A DNA stretch of 45,534 bases from a virus (IMGVR_UViG_3300031965_000055:1-45534); one strand, 5' to 3'. Shown: positions 18,114 to 28,291, counted from the first letter of the stretch. A program made the numbers and translations. The notes: a model not told the origin generated them from the sequence alone.

Positions 18114-19024
18114 GATTCCTCCGCGTCGGGAAGGGAGCGCACGGCGGCGAGGGTAGTCTCGGCGGCCGTCGGTCGGCGGCCCGACGAGGGCGCGCCTCGG
18201 CTCGCGGCGTCGGCGTCACCCATGGCGAGCAGCCGCGCGCCGCGGAGCTTGCTTGTCGCAGTGTCTAGCCAAGGCACGCTGGAGCAGCCGGAGATGTTCG
18301 TGATGACCTGCCCGCCGGGCGTGCGGCTGTGGCGGGCGAGGAGGACATCTCGCGCCATGCCGGTCGCCTGGGCTGCCTCCTCGAGCTCACGCTGACACTC
18401 GACCTGGGCCGCCTTCAGGTTCGCTCGGTCAGCACCCTTCTCCGGAGGCTTCTCGGTCGCGAGCTCGCTCTCGCGCGCGCGCGCTACCTCCCTACCTACC
18501 TCTACCTCCCTACCTACTTCCGCTGGCGGCCGTGCGGGCGGCGGCGCGGTAGCTGTTGGAACAGCCCGCCCGCGATCCGCCTGCGTCTGGATGGGACTAT
18601 CGCCTGACGCCTTAACGCCTTGACGCCTGACGCCTGACGCCTCAGACGGAGAGATACGGTTTTGTGACGGCTCCGTTACCGCAGGCGTTACGGTCAGCGT
18701 TACGGCACCGTTACGCTTGCGCTCACGCAATAGGCGCATCCGCTCGCCTACGTTGATGTCGCCCTCCTGCCACAGTGACCAGTGCTGGACAGCCCACGAA
18801 CCATCTTGCTGCTCAACGAGATGGCCGCCCTTTCGCGCCGCTGCGGCCACACCGCGACCGAGCGCTGTGACAACGTGAGCCCAGGCACGGAACCTCCCCC
18901 GAGGGTCCTGGCGGTTCGCCGCGCAGAACAACTTAATAAGGATGGGCATGTCGGGGTGCTGGTCGATGTTGGGGTCGACCCGGAGGTAGGCCTTCGGAAG
19001 CTGGCCTCGGACACGGGCTGTCAT
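18110..19024 (-). CDS. Putative replication initiator (lambda O-like architecture)
   Basis: N-terminal domain ending W..WQ...ERMR..RERK, then a low-complexity linker encoded by DNA repeats and a C-terminal domain. Confidence 0.55.
   Translation of the reverse strand: MTARVRGQLPKAYLRVDPNIDQHPDMPILIKLFCAANRQDPRGRFRAWAHVVTALGRGVAAAARKGGHLVEQQDGSWAVQHWSLWQEGDINVGERMRLLRERKRNGAVTLTVTPAVTEPSQNRISPSEASGVRRQGVKASGDSPIQTQADRGRAVPTATAPPPARPPAEVGREVEVGREVARARESELATEKPPEKGADRANLKAAQVECQRELEEAAQATGMARDVLLARHSRTPGGQVITNISGCSSVPWLDTATSKLRGARLLAMGDADAASRGAPSSGRRPTAAETTLAAVRSLPDAEES
18484..18714. repeat. Iteron-like repeats, candidate replication origin
   Basis: CGTTAC at 18674, 18686, 18698 and 18709; about 6 TGACGCC-like heptamers at 18600-18643; CTACCTCCCTACCTAC duplicated at 18484-18517. 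Confidence 0.55.
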
Positions 19025-19179
19025 CGGATGGAGGCCTCCTGGGTCAGGGTCTGGGGGGTGGCGAGGGCGGCCTTGACGGCGCGCTGGTCGGGCCCGCGCA
19101 CCACCGTGAAGCCCTCCTCCTCAAAGGCGCGGTCGAGCAGGCCGATTCCCGGAAACAGGGAGAGCACCAGTCCGCTCAC
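19021..19179 (-). pseudogene. C5-cytosine DNA methyltransferase remnant (52 aa)
   Basis: Manual translation gives [39 protein letters not shown]..., i.e. motif I (FxGxG) without the PC/ENV motifs. Confidence 0.7.
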
Positions 19180-20243
19180 GCGCCCGCCTCAGCGAACAAG
19201 GGGCCCACAATCCGCCGGCGGGCCATCCGCGCATAGTCCGGATTCAGCTCGAGCCCCAGGAACCGGCGGCCGTGGCGCAGGGCCACCACGCCCACGGTGC
19301 CGGAGCCGGCGAACGGGTCGAGCACCAGGTCGCCCGGGCGCGAGCCCGCCAGGATGCAGGGTTCCACGAGCGCCTCGGGGAACGTGGCGAAGTGGGCCTC
19401 GGGGAAAGGTTGCGTGCCGATCGTCCACACCGATCGCTTTGTGCGCGTCTCACGCGGGCCGATCTCGTGCAGCCGCCCGCGCGTGTTGCCGTCCGGTCCA
19501 TCGTTCTGCTCTGGAGGCCTCCGCACCGGACGCACGTTCCCGGGGCCATCGGGCCAACCCGCGGGCTCCGCAATCGCCTTCGTGTCGTAGAAGTACCGCT
19601 CGCTCTTAGCGAGCAGGAACAGGTATTCGTGCGCCTTCGTCGGCCGGTCGGAGACGCTCTCTGGCATCGGGTTCGGCTTCGCCCACACGATGTCAGAGCG
19701 GAGCCACCAGCCCGATTCCTGCAGCGCGAACGCCGCGCGCCACGGGATACCGATGAGGTCTTTGTGCTTCAGCACGGGGTCGGCCGGTCGGTTCTTTCGG
19801 AGCGCGTTTGTCTGGCGGTACGCCGCCGCGGTGGCGCTCGACCCGTCGATGGTGGTGGCTCCGACTGACCCGTTGGGCCTACTCCAGTAGCAGTCCCCGA
19901 GGTTCAGCCACAGCGTGCCGTCCGGCCGTAGGACCCGGCGGACCTCTGCGAGGATCTCAACCAGGCGAGCGACGTAGACACCGGGCGCCTCCTCGAGGCC
20001 TAGCTGCAGATCTACGCGCAGAGCGCCGCAGCGACAGACCGCCCGCACGGGGACGCCGGATATATCCCGCTGCGGCTTCGGGCGCCCCTTGTGCTCACAT
20101 TCGGGGTCGCCTCCTTCCCACGTGGCCGTGCCGTAGTCCCGCAGGCCCCAGTAGGGCGGAGAGGTGACGCACGTCTGCACGGTCGAGGCCTCGAGGTGGC
20201 GCAGAAGCGATAGCGCGTCGCCCTGGCGGACCTCCCAGGTCAT
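19176..20243 (-). CDS. Beta-class N4-cytosine/N6-adenine DNA methyltransferase
   Basis: [47 protein letters not shown] and [10 protein letters not shown]. Confidence 0.93.
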   Translation of the reverse strand: MTWEVRQGDALSLLRHLEASTVQTCVTSPPYWGLRDYGTATWEGGDPECEHKGRPKPQRDISGVPVRAVCRCGALRVDLQLGLEEAPGVYVARLVEILAEVRRVLRPDGTLWLNLGDCYWSRPNGSVGATTIDGSSATAAAYRQTNALRKNRPADPVLKHKDLIGIPWRAAFALQESGWWLRSDIVWAKPNPMPESVSDRPTKAHEYLFLLAKSERYFYDTKAIAEPAGWPDGPGNVRPVRRPPEQNDGPDGNTRGRLHEIGPRETRTKRSVWTIGTQPFPEAHFATFPEALVEPCILAGSRPGDLVLDPFAGSGTVGVVALRHGRRFLGLELNPDYARMARRRIVGPLFAEAGA

Positions 20244-20463
20244 GCGGCCACCGCGCGCCGGCGCGCCCGGGACGCCAGCGCACGACGCACCTGCGCGGCG
20301 CGGTAGGCGCGATTCGCCGCTCGCTTCTTCCAGCCACGACGCTGCCGGAAGCGCTCGCACATGGGGCATGGGCCAGAGATGCCGCGGGGGCCTCGACGGT
20401 AGGCCTCGATGGGCAGCTCGCGGCCACAGGGTCCGGTGCACCACTTCATGCCCTGGGCGGCCT

Positions 20464-20711
20464 TCATGAGCGGGCTCCCGATGCCCTCTTACGGCGTCGC
20501 CAAGCGTTGCGCCTCTCAACGCAGAGGCAGCACGGTCCTTCGTGCGGGCGGGGCCGGGTGTTGTTGGCCTGTTCTATCCGAGTGGCCCAACGCACATTCC
20601 CCGGCTCGTAGCCACCATCGTTGTCGGGGTATCGATCGATCGAGTGCTCACGCGACGGCGCAGGTCCAACATCCAGGTAGAACTGCTCGAAACTCTCGCG
20701 CCACGCCTCGC
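20464..20711 (-). pseudogene. HNH endonuclease, 3' half
   Basis: [47 protein letters not shown]. Confidence 0.85.
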
Positions 20712-20778
20712 CTGGTCGAATCGGCTCATGGGTCATCAGGTCTCCGAAAATAAATAGCCGGACGCATGTCGATTCTTA

Positions 20779-20807
20779 TTGACAACGCTCCGGCGATTGC
20801 CTATATT
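20779..20807 (+). promoter_or_regulatory. Sigma70-type promoter
   Basis: TTGACA-17 nt-TATATT in a locally AT-rich stretch, upstream of plus-strand ORFs. Confidence 0.85.
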
Positions 20808-20849
20808 GGGTGCATGGTCGGCGATGGGGCCGGCGAGGAGGGTAGAGAG

Positions 20850-21188
20850 ATGAGGATGACGGAGCAGGAGGCGTATGCGGCACAGCGCGCGCTGCGCGCG
20901 GCCGGTGCGAGCGACGTGACCGTGCGGACGCACGATCGCGCCGTGGACGACTCCGGCAGGCCGTGGACATCCGAGAGCGTGGGCAGGGGCTCGGTCGTCA
21001 CCGACTACAGCGTCCGCGTGGTACGCCAGGACGCGCGGCACGGCAATATGGTCTTGCGTACCGTCGAGGCCGTGCCCACCCCGGCCGAGGCGCAGGCTAT
21101 CGTCCGATCCATGGTCGCAGAGGCGCGCGCGAAGGCGAAGTTGGTTCGGGCGCGCTATCGGGTCGAAGCCGATCTGGACCGGAGCTAG
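20850..21188 (+). CDS. Hypothetical protein of the inserted cassette
   Basis: GAGGAGG RBS precedes ATG 20850. An in-frame ATG at 20814 is also possible. Confidence 0.65.
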   Translation: MRMTEQEAYAAQRALRAAGASDVTVRTHDRAVDDSGRPWTSESVGRGSVVTDYSVRVVRQDARHGNMVLRTVEAVPTPAEAQAIVRSMVAEARAKAKLVRARYRVEADLDRS

Positions 21189-21191
21189 GCC

Positions 21192-21365
21192 ATGCGCGAT
21201 CACATCGACGTGTGCGACCGATGCGGGGAGACTACGACCGACATCGACGCTGGCTTTTGCCCGGCGCTCCAGAACATGGGCCACGGGCAAACGATGAGCG
21301 GTGTCCCCTGCGGCGGCACCTGGTGCAAGCGAGAGGCTACCGACCGCGCTGAGGGCGACGAGTGA
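21192..21365 (+). CDS. Small Cys-rich protein
   Basis: Manual translation MRDHIDVCDRCGE...FCP...CGGTWCKRE with a GGAG RBS. Confidence 0.55.
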   Translation: MRDHIDVCDRCGETTTDIDAGFCPALQNMGHGQTMSGVPCGGTWCKREATDRAEGDE

Positions 21366-21649
21366 CTCGCTCCGCTCCTCGCACAACACCCCTTGCTCCC
21401 GGCGAGTGCCGCCCCATGACCATGCACTGCCTCGGCTGTCGCTGCGCTCGGTGCGGCCACGAGTGGATGGTGACCGTGAGGGAGATCGGGGCGCATCCGA
21501 TCCCGCCGCGTCAGTGCCCAAGCTGCGACTCGCGCACGTGGGCCCAGACGATCCCGCGCAAGGCTGGGCGGCCGAGGAAAATCCAGGCCCCCGTGGCTCT
21601 TCGGCGTGGCCGTCCCAAGATTGGAGATGGCGAAGCGAAAGGGCGTTAG
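21362..21649 (+). CDS. Zinc-ribbon protein with AT-hook-like motifs
   Basis: CARCGHEW...QCPSCDSRTW followed by GRPRK and RGRPK. Confidence 0.7.
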   Translation: MTRSAPRTTPLAPGECRPMTMHCLGCRCARCGHEWMVTVREIGAHPIPPRQCPSCDSRTWAQTIPRKAGRPRKIQAPVALRRGRPKIGDGEAKGR

Positions 21650-21652
21650 CGC

Positions 21653-22034
21653 AAACGAAGATCCCGCGGCCGCCGTACCACTTGTAGGCAGGGTCGCTGG
21701 GATCGTGGCAGCGGCGCAGCATGCCACGCCAAGTACCGCGCTCCTTCGTCACATCAGGCAGCGCATGAGCAGGGCGCGGCACCTCGGGCGGAGCGACTTC
21801 GGCCCGGCAACCCGTCGCCGCGAGATGAGCCTCGGCGGCGGCCGCCAAGACGTCCGCCACGTGCACGCTCGGAGCCACCTCGAGATCAGCTACCGCGAGG
21901 CATTGCGGGCACTTCCATGAAATTGTCAGAAAAGTGCTTACCTGCACCGAAGGCGAATAACTGTTAAATGTCAATCCGCTAGAAACACCGAAGCCCGCCG
22001 ACGACGCACCAGGAGCGCCGCGATCTTCTGCCAC
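21653..22034 (-). pseudogene. HNH endonuclease, 5' half
   Basis: TWRGMLRRCHDP...YKWYGGRGIFVC, the conserved N-terminal part of this HNH family. Start uncertain. Confidence 0.8.
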
Positions 22035-22890
22035 TGGTCCTCCATGAAACGAGAGACGGGGTGGTTGGGGTTGCCGGGCTTCATGCGCGCCCTCCTGGGT
22101 CGTCGATAGGAAGGGATGGACTCTCTGCCTGCCGCTCAGGCTCCTCCGGGAGAGTCATCCGACGTTCGGCCTCGGCCACCGGTACGGCCGCCACATCCTC
22201 GCGACGCCTGTGGAGCCAGAGGGGGCCACCACTGAGCGACGATCCAACGTCCAGGCGGGAGCTCCGGGAGAACGCCCATCGCTTCCTGCGACCGAGCTTC
22301 AACGGCCTGAGCGCCGTACCGGTGCGCGAGGTACCAGACGTGTAGCCTCGCTTGTGCCGGTTTCTAGCCTCTCGCTCGCGTTTTCCTGTTCGGTTCGACA
22401 TGGCTTTTAGCGGGTTACCTCGTAGGCCTACTAGCTTCGGCATCCCTTCCTGTCGACGACCCGTCACGTAACAGCAGCACCGCCGCCAGCTCACCCTCGA
22501 CCATCCGCACCACCGAGAGCGCGAGGTCTGGCTTCCTCCAGTCCAGGAGCATCGCGGCCAGGCGGAGGCGGTCCGGTGGAGAGAGGGAGCGCACCTGCCG
22601 GGCCAGGGCTTCAGGGGTCACGCCTGCGCCCCGTAGCCGCGCGGGGTCACGCGCGCGTTGCTGCGGCCGTTGCAGAGCCTCATCGTGCAGGTCGGGCACG
22701 CCACCTTGAACTGCAGCGTGCAGTTGGGCCCGCTCGCGCACTCGACGAGCTCGCCGTGTTCGCGTAGAGCGCAAAGGTGCCAGTGAACGGTCCCATAGAG
22801 AACGGTGAAGGGCCTCAATTCACCCTCCCGCCCGGCCGCGCGTGCAGACGATGCCGGTGAAGCCGTCTCGGTTGAAGGGCTCACAGGGCA

Positions 22891-25359
22891 TCAGGCCGCC
22901 TCCGCCGCGGCCGTGCCGCCTTCGGTGGTGATCCGGCCCCCGGCCACCACGAGCCGGGCGTCCGCGCGTTCCCAGACGTGCTCGCTGTGGCTCACGAAGA
23001 GGACCTGGTCGAACCCGCCGAGCGCGCGCGCTCGCCGCAGGAGGTCGACGTAGGCGCTCGCGTTCTGGGCATCGAGCGCGCCCGCCGTCTCGTCCCGGAA
23101 CAGCGTCGACCACCGAACGTTGTTCTTGCGGGCGTTGTAGATCGCGATCGCGAGGCTCACGGCCTCTCCGACGATGACCCGCTCGCCCCCGGAGAGTGCC
23201 TCGACCGCGCGCTCCTGGCCGGTGTCGTAGACCTTCACGTCGAAGGCCTCGGCGTACTCCCCCCGCGCGCTCTTCTTCTCGCGCAGCGTCTCGAAGCTGA
23301 TCGAGAACCGGGCGCCGTAGCAGGATTCGAGCAGCTCGTTCGTGAGTCTGGCCACCTCGGGCCCCGCCGCGTCGATCTCGAGAGCCTGGATCCCGTCGCG
23401 TCCCAGGGCCTGCTCGAGCAGCTTCCAGTCCCCCACCTCCTTCTCGGCGGCCGCCAGCGCGTGCTGCAAGGCGGGCACCTCGTTCAGGCGGGCCTCCAGG
23501 CGGGCGAGGCCCTCGCTCTCGCGGTTGAACTGGGCGTCGGTGTTGCGCAGGGCCGTCTCGGCGCGCTCGCGTGAGCCCTTGGCCTGGTCGAGGTTGAGGC
23601 GAGCTGTCGCCTCGTCCTGGGCCAGCGCGCGGGCAGCGTTATCGGCGGCCTCGGCTTGGGCCAGGGTGTGCTGCGCCACTTCGGAGCGGTCCTTCAGGGT
23701 GTCGAGGCGCTCCTTCCTGTCGAGGACGGCGCTGATTGCCCAGGCGTCGACCTGGTCGCGTTCGCCCTGCAGCCGCACGCGCGTCTCATCAATCGCGCGC
23801 TGCTCGTTGCCCAGCGCCTCCGTGGCCTGCGCGAGCTCCGCCGCGAGGCCCTGCAGGTCCGTGGCGGCCTGCTCGAGTTGAAGCAGCCGGTCCGCCTTGC
23901 GCTGGAAGTCCGGGATCAGGCGCACGAGCTCGGCCAAGCGCAGGGCGTCGCAGCGGAGGGCGGCCTCCTGTACCTGGGTGGTCAGGTCGCCCACGTGCGC
24001 CGCGGCATCCTTCACGGCCTGCTCGTGGGATGGGTCGATAGCGACCTTGCCCACGGCCAGATTCGCCTTCATGGCCACGGCCAGGAGCGGGCACGTGCCG
24101 GCCAGGTCGACGTCTTCGGTGGCGTGCGGCCCAGCGGAGGCCGCGGTCCATAGGTCGGCGTCGGTGCACGGCACCCGCTCCAGCAGGCTTGCCTGCTCGG
24201 CCAGGCGCTTGCGCTCCCGTTCGCACTCGGCCTCGGCCTGGCTCAGGAGGTTCTTCGCGAGGACGTGATCCGACTCGGCATCCTGCAGCCGGCGCTGCAG
24301 CGCGACGAGGCTCTTCTCGAAGCCGTCGAGCGTCTGCCGCTCCTCCTGCATGTCCGGCAGCGCGGCGGCCGCCTGCTCCAGCGTCTCGCGCTCGGCCAGG
24401 AGGGTTTCTAGCTGCACCCGCCGTCCGTCCAGCCGGGCCGTGACCCGGGCGTAGGTTTCCCGTGCGCGCGTCTCCGCGGCCGTGGGGTCTTGCGCCTTGA
24501 TAGCCGCGAGCCGCCGCTTGGCCTCAGGGTTCACCTCGTCGAGCGCCTTATGCGCGTCCCGCACGGCCTGCTGCGCCGTCTCCATCTCGCGCCGTGCCGC
24601 GGCGGCGGCCTGCGCCAGGGCGGCCAGGCGCGCGGCGGTACCGCGGGCGCGCTCGAGCAGGGACGTGGCCGAGGCCTCCTCCTCGCGGGCGTTGGCCAGG
24701 TTGTGCGCGGCCAGCTCTACGCTGCCCTCCAGGGCGTGCACGTGGGCGCGCGCCGTCTCGATCCCTGCCGTCTCGTAGGTGGCCTGGCCCACGGCGTTGC
24801 GCGCCAGAGCGAGCGCCGTCTCGGCCTGGACGCGCTGCAGCTTCGCGTCCTCGTGGAGGGCTTCCAGCCGGGACAACCCCAGGAGCTCCGCGAAGAGCGC
24901 CTTTCGATCGCCCTTCGTCATCCGCAGGAAGTCGCCGCTCTTCGACTGACTCGCGTACACCGAAGAGAGGAACAGGTCGATCGTCCCGAAGCGCTGGTTG
25001 ATGAGCCCGGCGGCCTCGGACGCCCGCCCAGTGGTCAGGCTTGCCCCGTTCTCGAAGACGTACTGCTCGGCCTTCCGACCCTCGGCGTCGAGCTGCAGCC
25101 GCACGGTGATCTCGCGCCCGTCGTCGTCGAAGACCGTCTCGACGAAGGCGTCACGGCCAGTGGCGTAGTCGTACATGCTGCCCGGTCGGTCGGGCATGCT
25201 CCGGTAGAGGGAGCCAGGGACGGCACTCAGGAACGATGTCTTTCCCGCTCCGTTTCGACCTACGAGAGCCACGAGGCCAGGCCCGATCGCGTCGAGGTCG
25301 ATGGTCGACGGATGCAGGAAGGTAGTGATACCGCGCAGTGAAATCCGTTTGAGCCTCAT
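22891..25359 (-). CDS. SbcC/Rad50-like SMC ATPase
   Basis: Walker A GRNGAGKT, Q-loop YASQ, long coiled coil, LSGGE signature, LFRDE Walker B and SH switch. Confidence 0.93.
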   Translation of the reverse strand: MRLKRISLRGITTFLHPSTIDLDAIGPGLVALVGRNGAGKTSFLSAVPGSLYRSMPDRPGSMYDYATGRDAFVETVFDDDGREITVRLQLDAEGRKAEQYVFENGASLTTGRASEAAGLINQRFGTIDLFLSSVYASQSKSGDFLRMTKGDRKALFAELLGLSRLEALHEDAKLQRVQAETALALARNAVGQATYETAGIETARAHVHALEGSVELAAHNLANAREEEASATSLLERARGTAARLAALAQAAAAARREMETAQQAVRDAHKALDEVNPEAKRRLAAIKAQDPTAAETRARETYARVTARLDGRRVQLETLLAERETLEQAAAALPDMQEERQTLDGFEKSLVALQRRLQDAESDHVLAKNLLSQAEAECERERKRLAEQASLLERVPCTDADLWTAASAGPHATEDVDLAGTCPLLAVAMKANLAVGKVAIDPSHEQAVKDAAAHVGDLTTQVQEAALRCDALRLAELVRLIPDFQRKADRLLQLEQAATDLQGLAAELAQATEALGNEQRAIDETRVRLQGERDQVDAWAISAVLDRKERLDTLKDRSEVAQHTLAQAEAADNAARALAQDEATARLNLDQAKGSRERAETALRNTDAQFNRESEGLARLEARLNEVPALQHALAAAEKEVGDWKLLEQALGRDGIQALEIDAAGPEVARLTNELLESCYGARFSISFETLREKKSARGEYAEAFDVKVYDTGQERAVEALSGGERVIVGEAVSLAIAIYNARKNNVRWSTLFRDETAGALDAQNASAYVDLLRRARALGGFDQVLFVSHSEHVWERADARLVVAGGRITTEGGTAAAEAA

Positions 25360-25610
25360 GCGTACCTCCCCTCAGTGACCACGCCGTAGATGGCGTTCAG
25401 GCTAATGTTGTGTTTCTTGGCCAGGGCAGGGGCGCCGTGCTCCTTCGAGTAGCGGCGATATTCCTGGCGGATCTCGATCGCCTTCGCCTGGGTCAGCACC
25501 GCCCGCAGGGCGTCTCGGTTGAGCAACTCGACGCGAAGCGCGCGGATGTCGGGCGGCTGGTTCTCGTGCCCGCATTGCGAGCACACCCAAAGGCGGCCAG
25601 CGACAGTCAC
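25356..25610 (-). CDS. Small Zn-ribbon/HTH protein
   Basis: WVCSQCGHEN and ALAKKHNISLNAIYGVV. Confidence 0.5.
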   Translation of the reverse strand: MTVAGRLWVCSQCGHENQPPDIRALRVELLNRDALRAVLTQAKAIEIRQEYRRYSKEHGAPALAKKHNISLNAIYGVVTEGRYA

Positions 25611-26842
25611 GAGCGCACCTCCTCGGCCACGGGCTCGAAGGCGCCCGTCTCCAGGCCACCCAGCTTCTCCACGAGCCGATCGAACTGAACCGGCTCCACG
25701 GGGATGTTCTTGGCCTGCAGGTAGGCCTGCACCTTCTCTGTCACGCTGGTGGCGGTCGCGATCTCCTCGGAGCGGACGCGGGTGTCCGACACCACGACGG
25801 CTTCCACCTTCACCTCGTGCGCGCCGTCCGCGAGCAGGATCTTCTCGATGACGTCTCGGTCCACCAGGTGCAGGTGCTGGGCGCGCACCCGGTAGCGGAA
25901 GCGCACGAGCGCGCCGGCCACCTCCCGCTTGTGGTCGAGGAGGAAGCAATTCGGGTCGATGCCGCCGGAGAGGGCAACCGCGCCCTCTCCGCTAGCCCAG
26001 TCGCACTCGATGAGGACCATCGAGCGCGTGGGCAGCTCGATGAATTCGCTGCTGACGAACTCGCCTTCGTCGGTTAGCGTGACGATCCGGTAGCCTTTGG
26101 GCTCATTGGCCTCGCCGTAATCGTGTCGGGTCGGGTTGCCGCTGTAGGCGACGCGGCCACCGAAGAATTCCTGCGAAACATGGATGTGGCCGCAGGCTAC
26201 GTATACGGCGCCAACGTCGAGTAGATCGCTGGGCGACAGGTCAATGCCTTGACCGATGAGGATTTGTCCGCTGGAGACGACCGAGCCACCCAACATGACG
26301 TGCGTCACCAGGATGGGCACAGCCCCCTGATTGCGGGCGCGCGTCGCTTCGGCGCGGAGCGTGGCCAATAGGTCGCGTACGGCGGTGACGGCGAGATCCC
26401 GCGACGCCTCCGCGTCTACCGTGGGGTCCAGGCCGGCGGCCAGGTGAGCCTTGTCGATCCATGCCATGCCGAGGCATGCGATCTGACGCCCCCCGGATAC
26501 ATGGACCATCCAGGAGGAGCCAGGCTCGGCCGTCACGCGATCCTCGATATGGATCGGGTTGACCGTCTCCAGCCGGTTGAAGACTTCCAGATCGCCGGGC
26601 TGATCGTGGTTCCCCCGCACGCCGTACACCGGCGCGATAGCAGCCGCGGCCTGGAGCCAGCTCGCCAGGTAGGTTCGTTCGGTAGGGCACGAACGGCGCT
26701 CGAAGAAATCGCCAGCGTGAACGATGAGGTCCACCGCGTGCTCTCTGGCGCCCTGTAGCATGAGGCGCATCATCTCGGCCGAGTCTCCGATTCGGCTGCG
26801 CTCATTCCAGTGGGTGTCGGAGGTGTGAAGGATTTTCAGCAT
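25607..26842 (-). CDS. SbcD/Mre11-like metallophosphoesterase nuclease
   Basis: ILHTSDTH, AGDFF, GNHD, GHIH and YSG motifs. Confidence 0.92.
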   Translation of the reverse strand: MLKILHTSDTHWNERSRIGDSAEMMRLMLQGAREHAVDLIVHAGDFFERRSCPTERTYLASWLQAAAAIAPVYGVRGNHDQPGDLEVFNRLETVNPIHIEDRVTAEPGSSWMVHVSGGRQIACLGMAWIDKAHLAAGLDPTVDAEASRDLAVTAVRDLLATLRAEATRARNQGAVPILVTHVMLGGSVVSSGQILIGQGIDLSPSDLLDVGAVYVACGHIHVSQEFFGGRVAYSGNPTRHDYGEANEPKGYRIVTLTDEGEFVSSEFIELPTRSMVLIECDWASGEGAVALSGGIDPNCFLLDHKREVAGALVRFRYRVRAQHLHLVDRDVIEKILLADGAHEVKVEAVVVSDTRVRSEEIATATSVTEKVQAYLQAKNIPVEPVQFDRLVEKLGGLETGAFEPVAEEVRS

Positions 26843-26897
26843 GGCTACTTCACCCCCTGCCACGTGCGGCCGTTCACGAGGTTGCAGACCGTCGGCA

Positions 26898-27203
26898 TCA
26901 GAGCACCCCCACCTTGAGGGCGTCCAGGGCGGCCGGGTCGAGCTTGTGCTCGTCGCACATGAGGTTGGGCAGCATCTCCCAGAGGTTCCGCGCCGTGCGC
27001 TCCCACATCTCGGCGCGCGCCTGCAGCTCTTCGTAGCCGACCGCCTTGAGGACGTCCTCCCCATCCTCGCGCACCTCGGCCTTCAGCTTCGGCGGGAGCA
27101 CATCCAGCACGTTCGTGATGGTGGGCATCCCGCGCCGCATGCCGCGGGCGTTGGCGATCGCGGCTGCGGCCTTGTCGACCGTCTCCCGCGTGAGGCCCTT
27201 CAC
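26898..27203 (-). CDS. Hypothetical protein
   Basis: GTG start coupled to the upstream gene, with a GGAG RBS. Confidence 0.5.
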   Translation of the reverse strand: MKGLTRETVDKAAAAIANARGMRRGMPTITNVLDVLPPKLKAEVREDGEDVLKAVGYEELQARAEMWERTARNLWEMLPNLMCDEHKLDPAALDALKVGVL

Positions 27204-28291
27204 TTCTTTTCTCCCAGCTTGGCCAGGGCCGCACGAACGTCGTCCGCCGACTTCAGGTTGGGGAACGCCGGCCACGACAGGACCCGGACGTCCTTGTGCA
27301 GCGCGTAGTCGAAGCGCGCGTTTGGCAGGCACTTCCCGCAGCGCTGGCTGCCGCACCGCTCCACGGTGATGCGAGCCGTGTCGGCGTCGAGAGCCTGCTG
27401 ATGGCCGCAGGCGCACTCGCAAACGACGATGGGCGCCTCGTCCTCGACGCCGCCGGGGATATCGAGGTCATCCTCGTCTTCGTCCGCCACAACGGTGGCC
27501 TCGACGCTGGTGGCCGCCCTTTCCGGCAGCGGAGGCGCCGGCGTGCCGGCCGGCTGCTCACGTACGGCCTCGAGCATCTTGGTGTCGGCCTGCGGAGGCG
27601 CCCCGAAGAGCGCGCGCGAGCCAGTGGTGGCCATCTGGATGAGGGCCGCCTTCTGGTCCGGGTCCGAAGGGTCGAGCGCCGGCACCAGCTTCGGGATCAC
27701 AAAGGGCTTCTCGAGATCCGTCAGCCTGTACTTGTTCTTCAGGCTCAGGAGCGAGCGCAGCGCGCGAAGGCGCGCCTTCGTCTCCGCGAGCATCTGCCCG
27801 TTGGCGCGCGCTGCCGCGAGCTGGCCTTCCTTCATGGCCGCGGCCTCGGCCGAGCCATGGCGCAGGTCGATCGCGCGCGTGGCCGTAGCCTGCCGCCAGG
27901 TACCGTCGAGGTCCTGGATACCGAGGGTGACCCGGTACTCCCAGAACAGCGGGGCTTGCCGGTCGTCGGTGCGTATGCTCTCGATGACCTGGACGCCCGC
28001 CGCGGCCTGGATCTTGTCGAGGCCAACCTTTCCCAGGGCGCGCTCGTCCTTCTCGCAGAACTTGCCCTTGTAGACCTCGGCCCCGCCACCGTAGCTGTCC
28101 ACGGTGTGGTCGATCGTCACCATGCGGAGCGACACCTTGTGCATGGCCATGATCGAATCCACGGACGCGACGGGGGACACGATATTGGCGACGTCCCGTA
28201 GCTGGTCCCACCTGTTGCGCAGGTCGATTATCCGAGCAACGGGCTCCGCCGCGATCTTCTCGATGCGTGCGATAGCCGTAGTTGATGCCAT
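27200..28291 (-). CDS. Putative recombination/single-strand annealing protein
   Basis: Upstream of SbcCD. It has an AETKARLRALR helix reminiscent of annealase motifs, an acidic linker and a C-terminal Cys cluster. Function inferred. Confidence 0.45.
   Translation of the reverse strand: MASTTAIARIEKIAAEPVARIIDLRNRWDQLRDVANIVSPVASVDSIMAMHKVSLRMVTIDHTVDSYGGGAEVYKGKFCEKDERALGKVGLDKIQAAAGVQVIESIRTDDRQAPLFWEYRVTLGIQDLDGTWRQATATRAIDLRHGSAEAAAMKEGQLAAARANGQMLAETKARLRALRSLLSLKNKYRLTDLEKPFVIPKLVPALDPSDPDQKAALIQMATTGSRALFGAPPQADTKMLEAVREQPAGTPAPPLPERAATSVEATVVADEDEDDLDIPGGVEDEAPIVVCECACGHQQALDADTARITVERCGSQRCGKCLPNARFDYALHKDVRVLSWPAFPNLKSADDVRAALAKLGEKK

Larger units (their letters stand above)
20712..21652 (+). 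mobile_element. 941-bp antisense three-gene insertion (moron-like) flanked by a CGC direct repeat
   Basis: Removal rejoins GIFVC to EAWRESF in frame. CGC occurs at 20709-20711 and 21650-21652. Confidence 0.8.

Noticed and set aside
20736-22034. 432-aa ORF as a single gene
   Set aside because: It is the HNH 5' half reading through the antisense strand of the inserted cassette.
23164-23196. Array unit 2 ([RS][DE]R[KN][DE]RV[IM]TG[DE]) matching SbcC ERVIVGE
   Set aside because: The first four positions conflict with the invariant LSGG signature, so this is likely chance. I found no convincing self match for U1 or U2 by eye.
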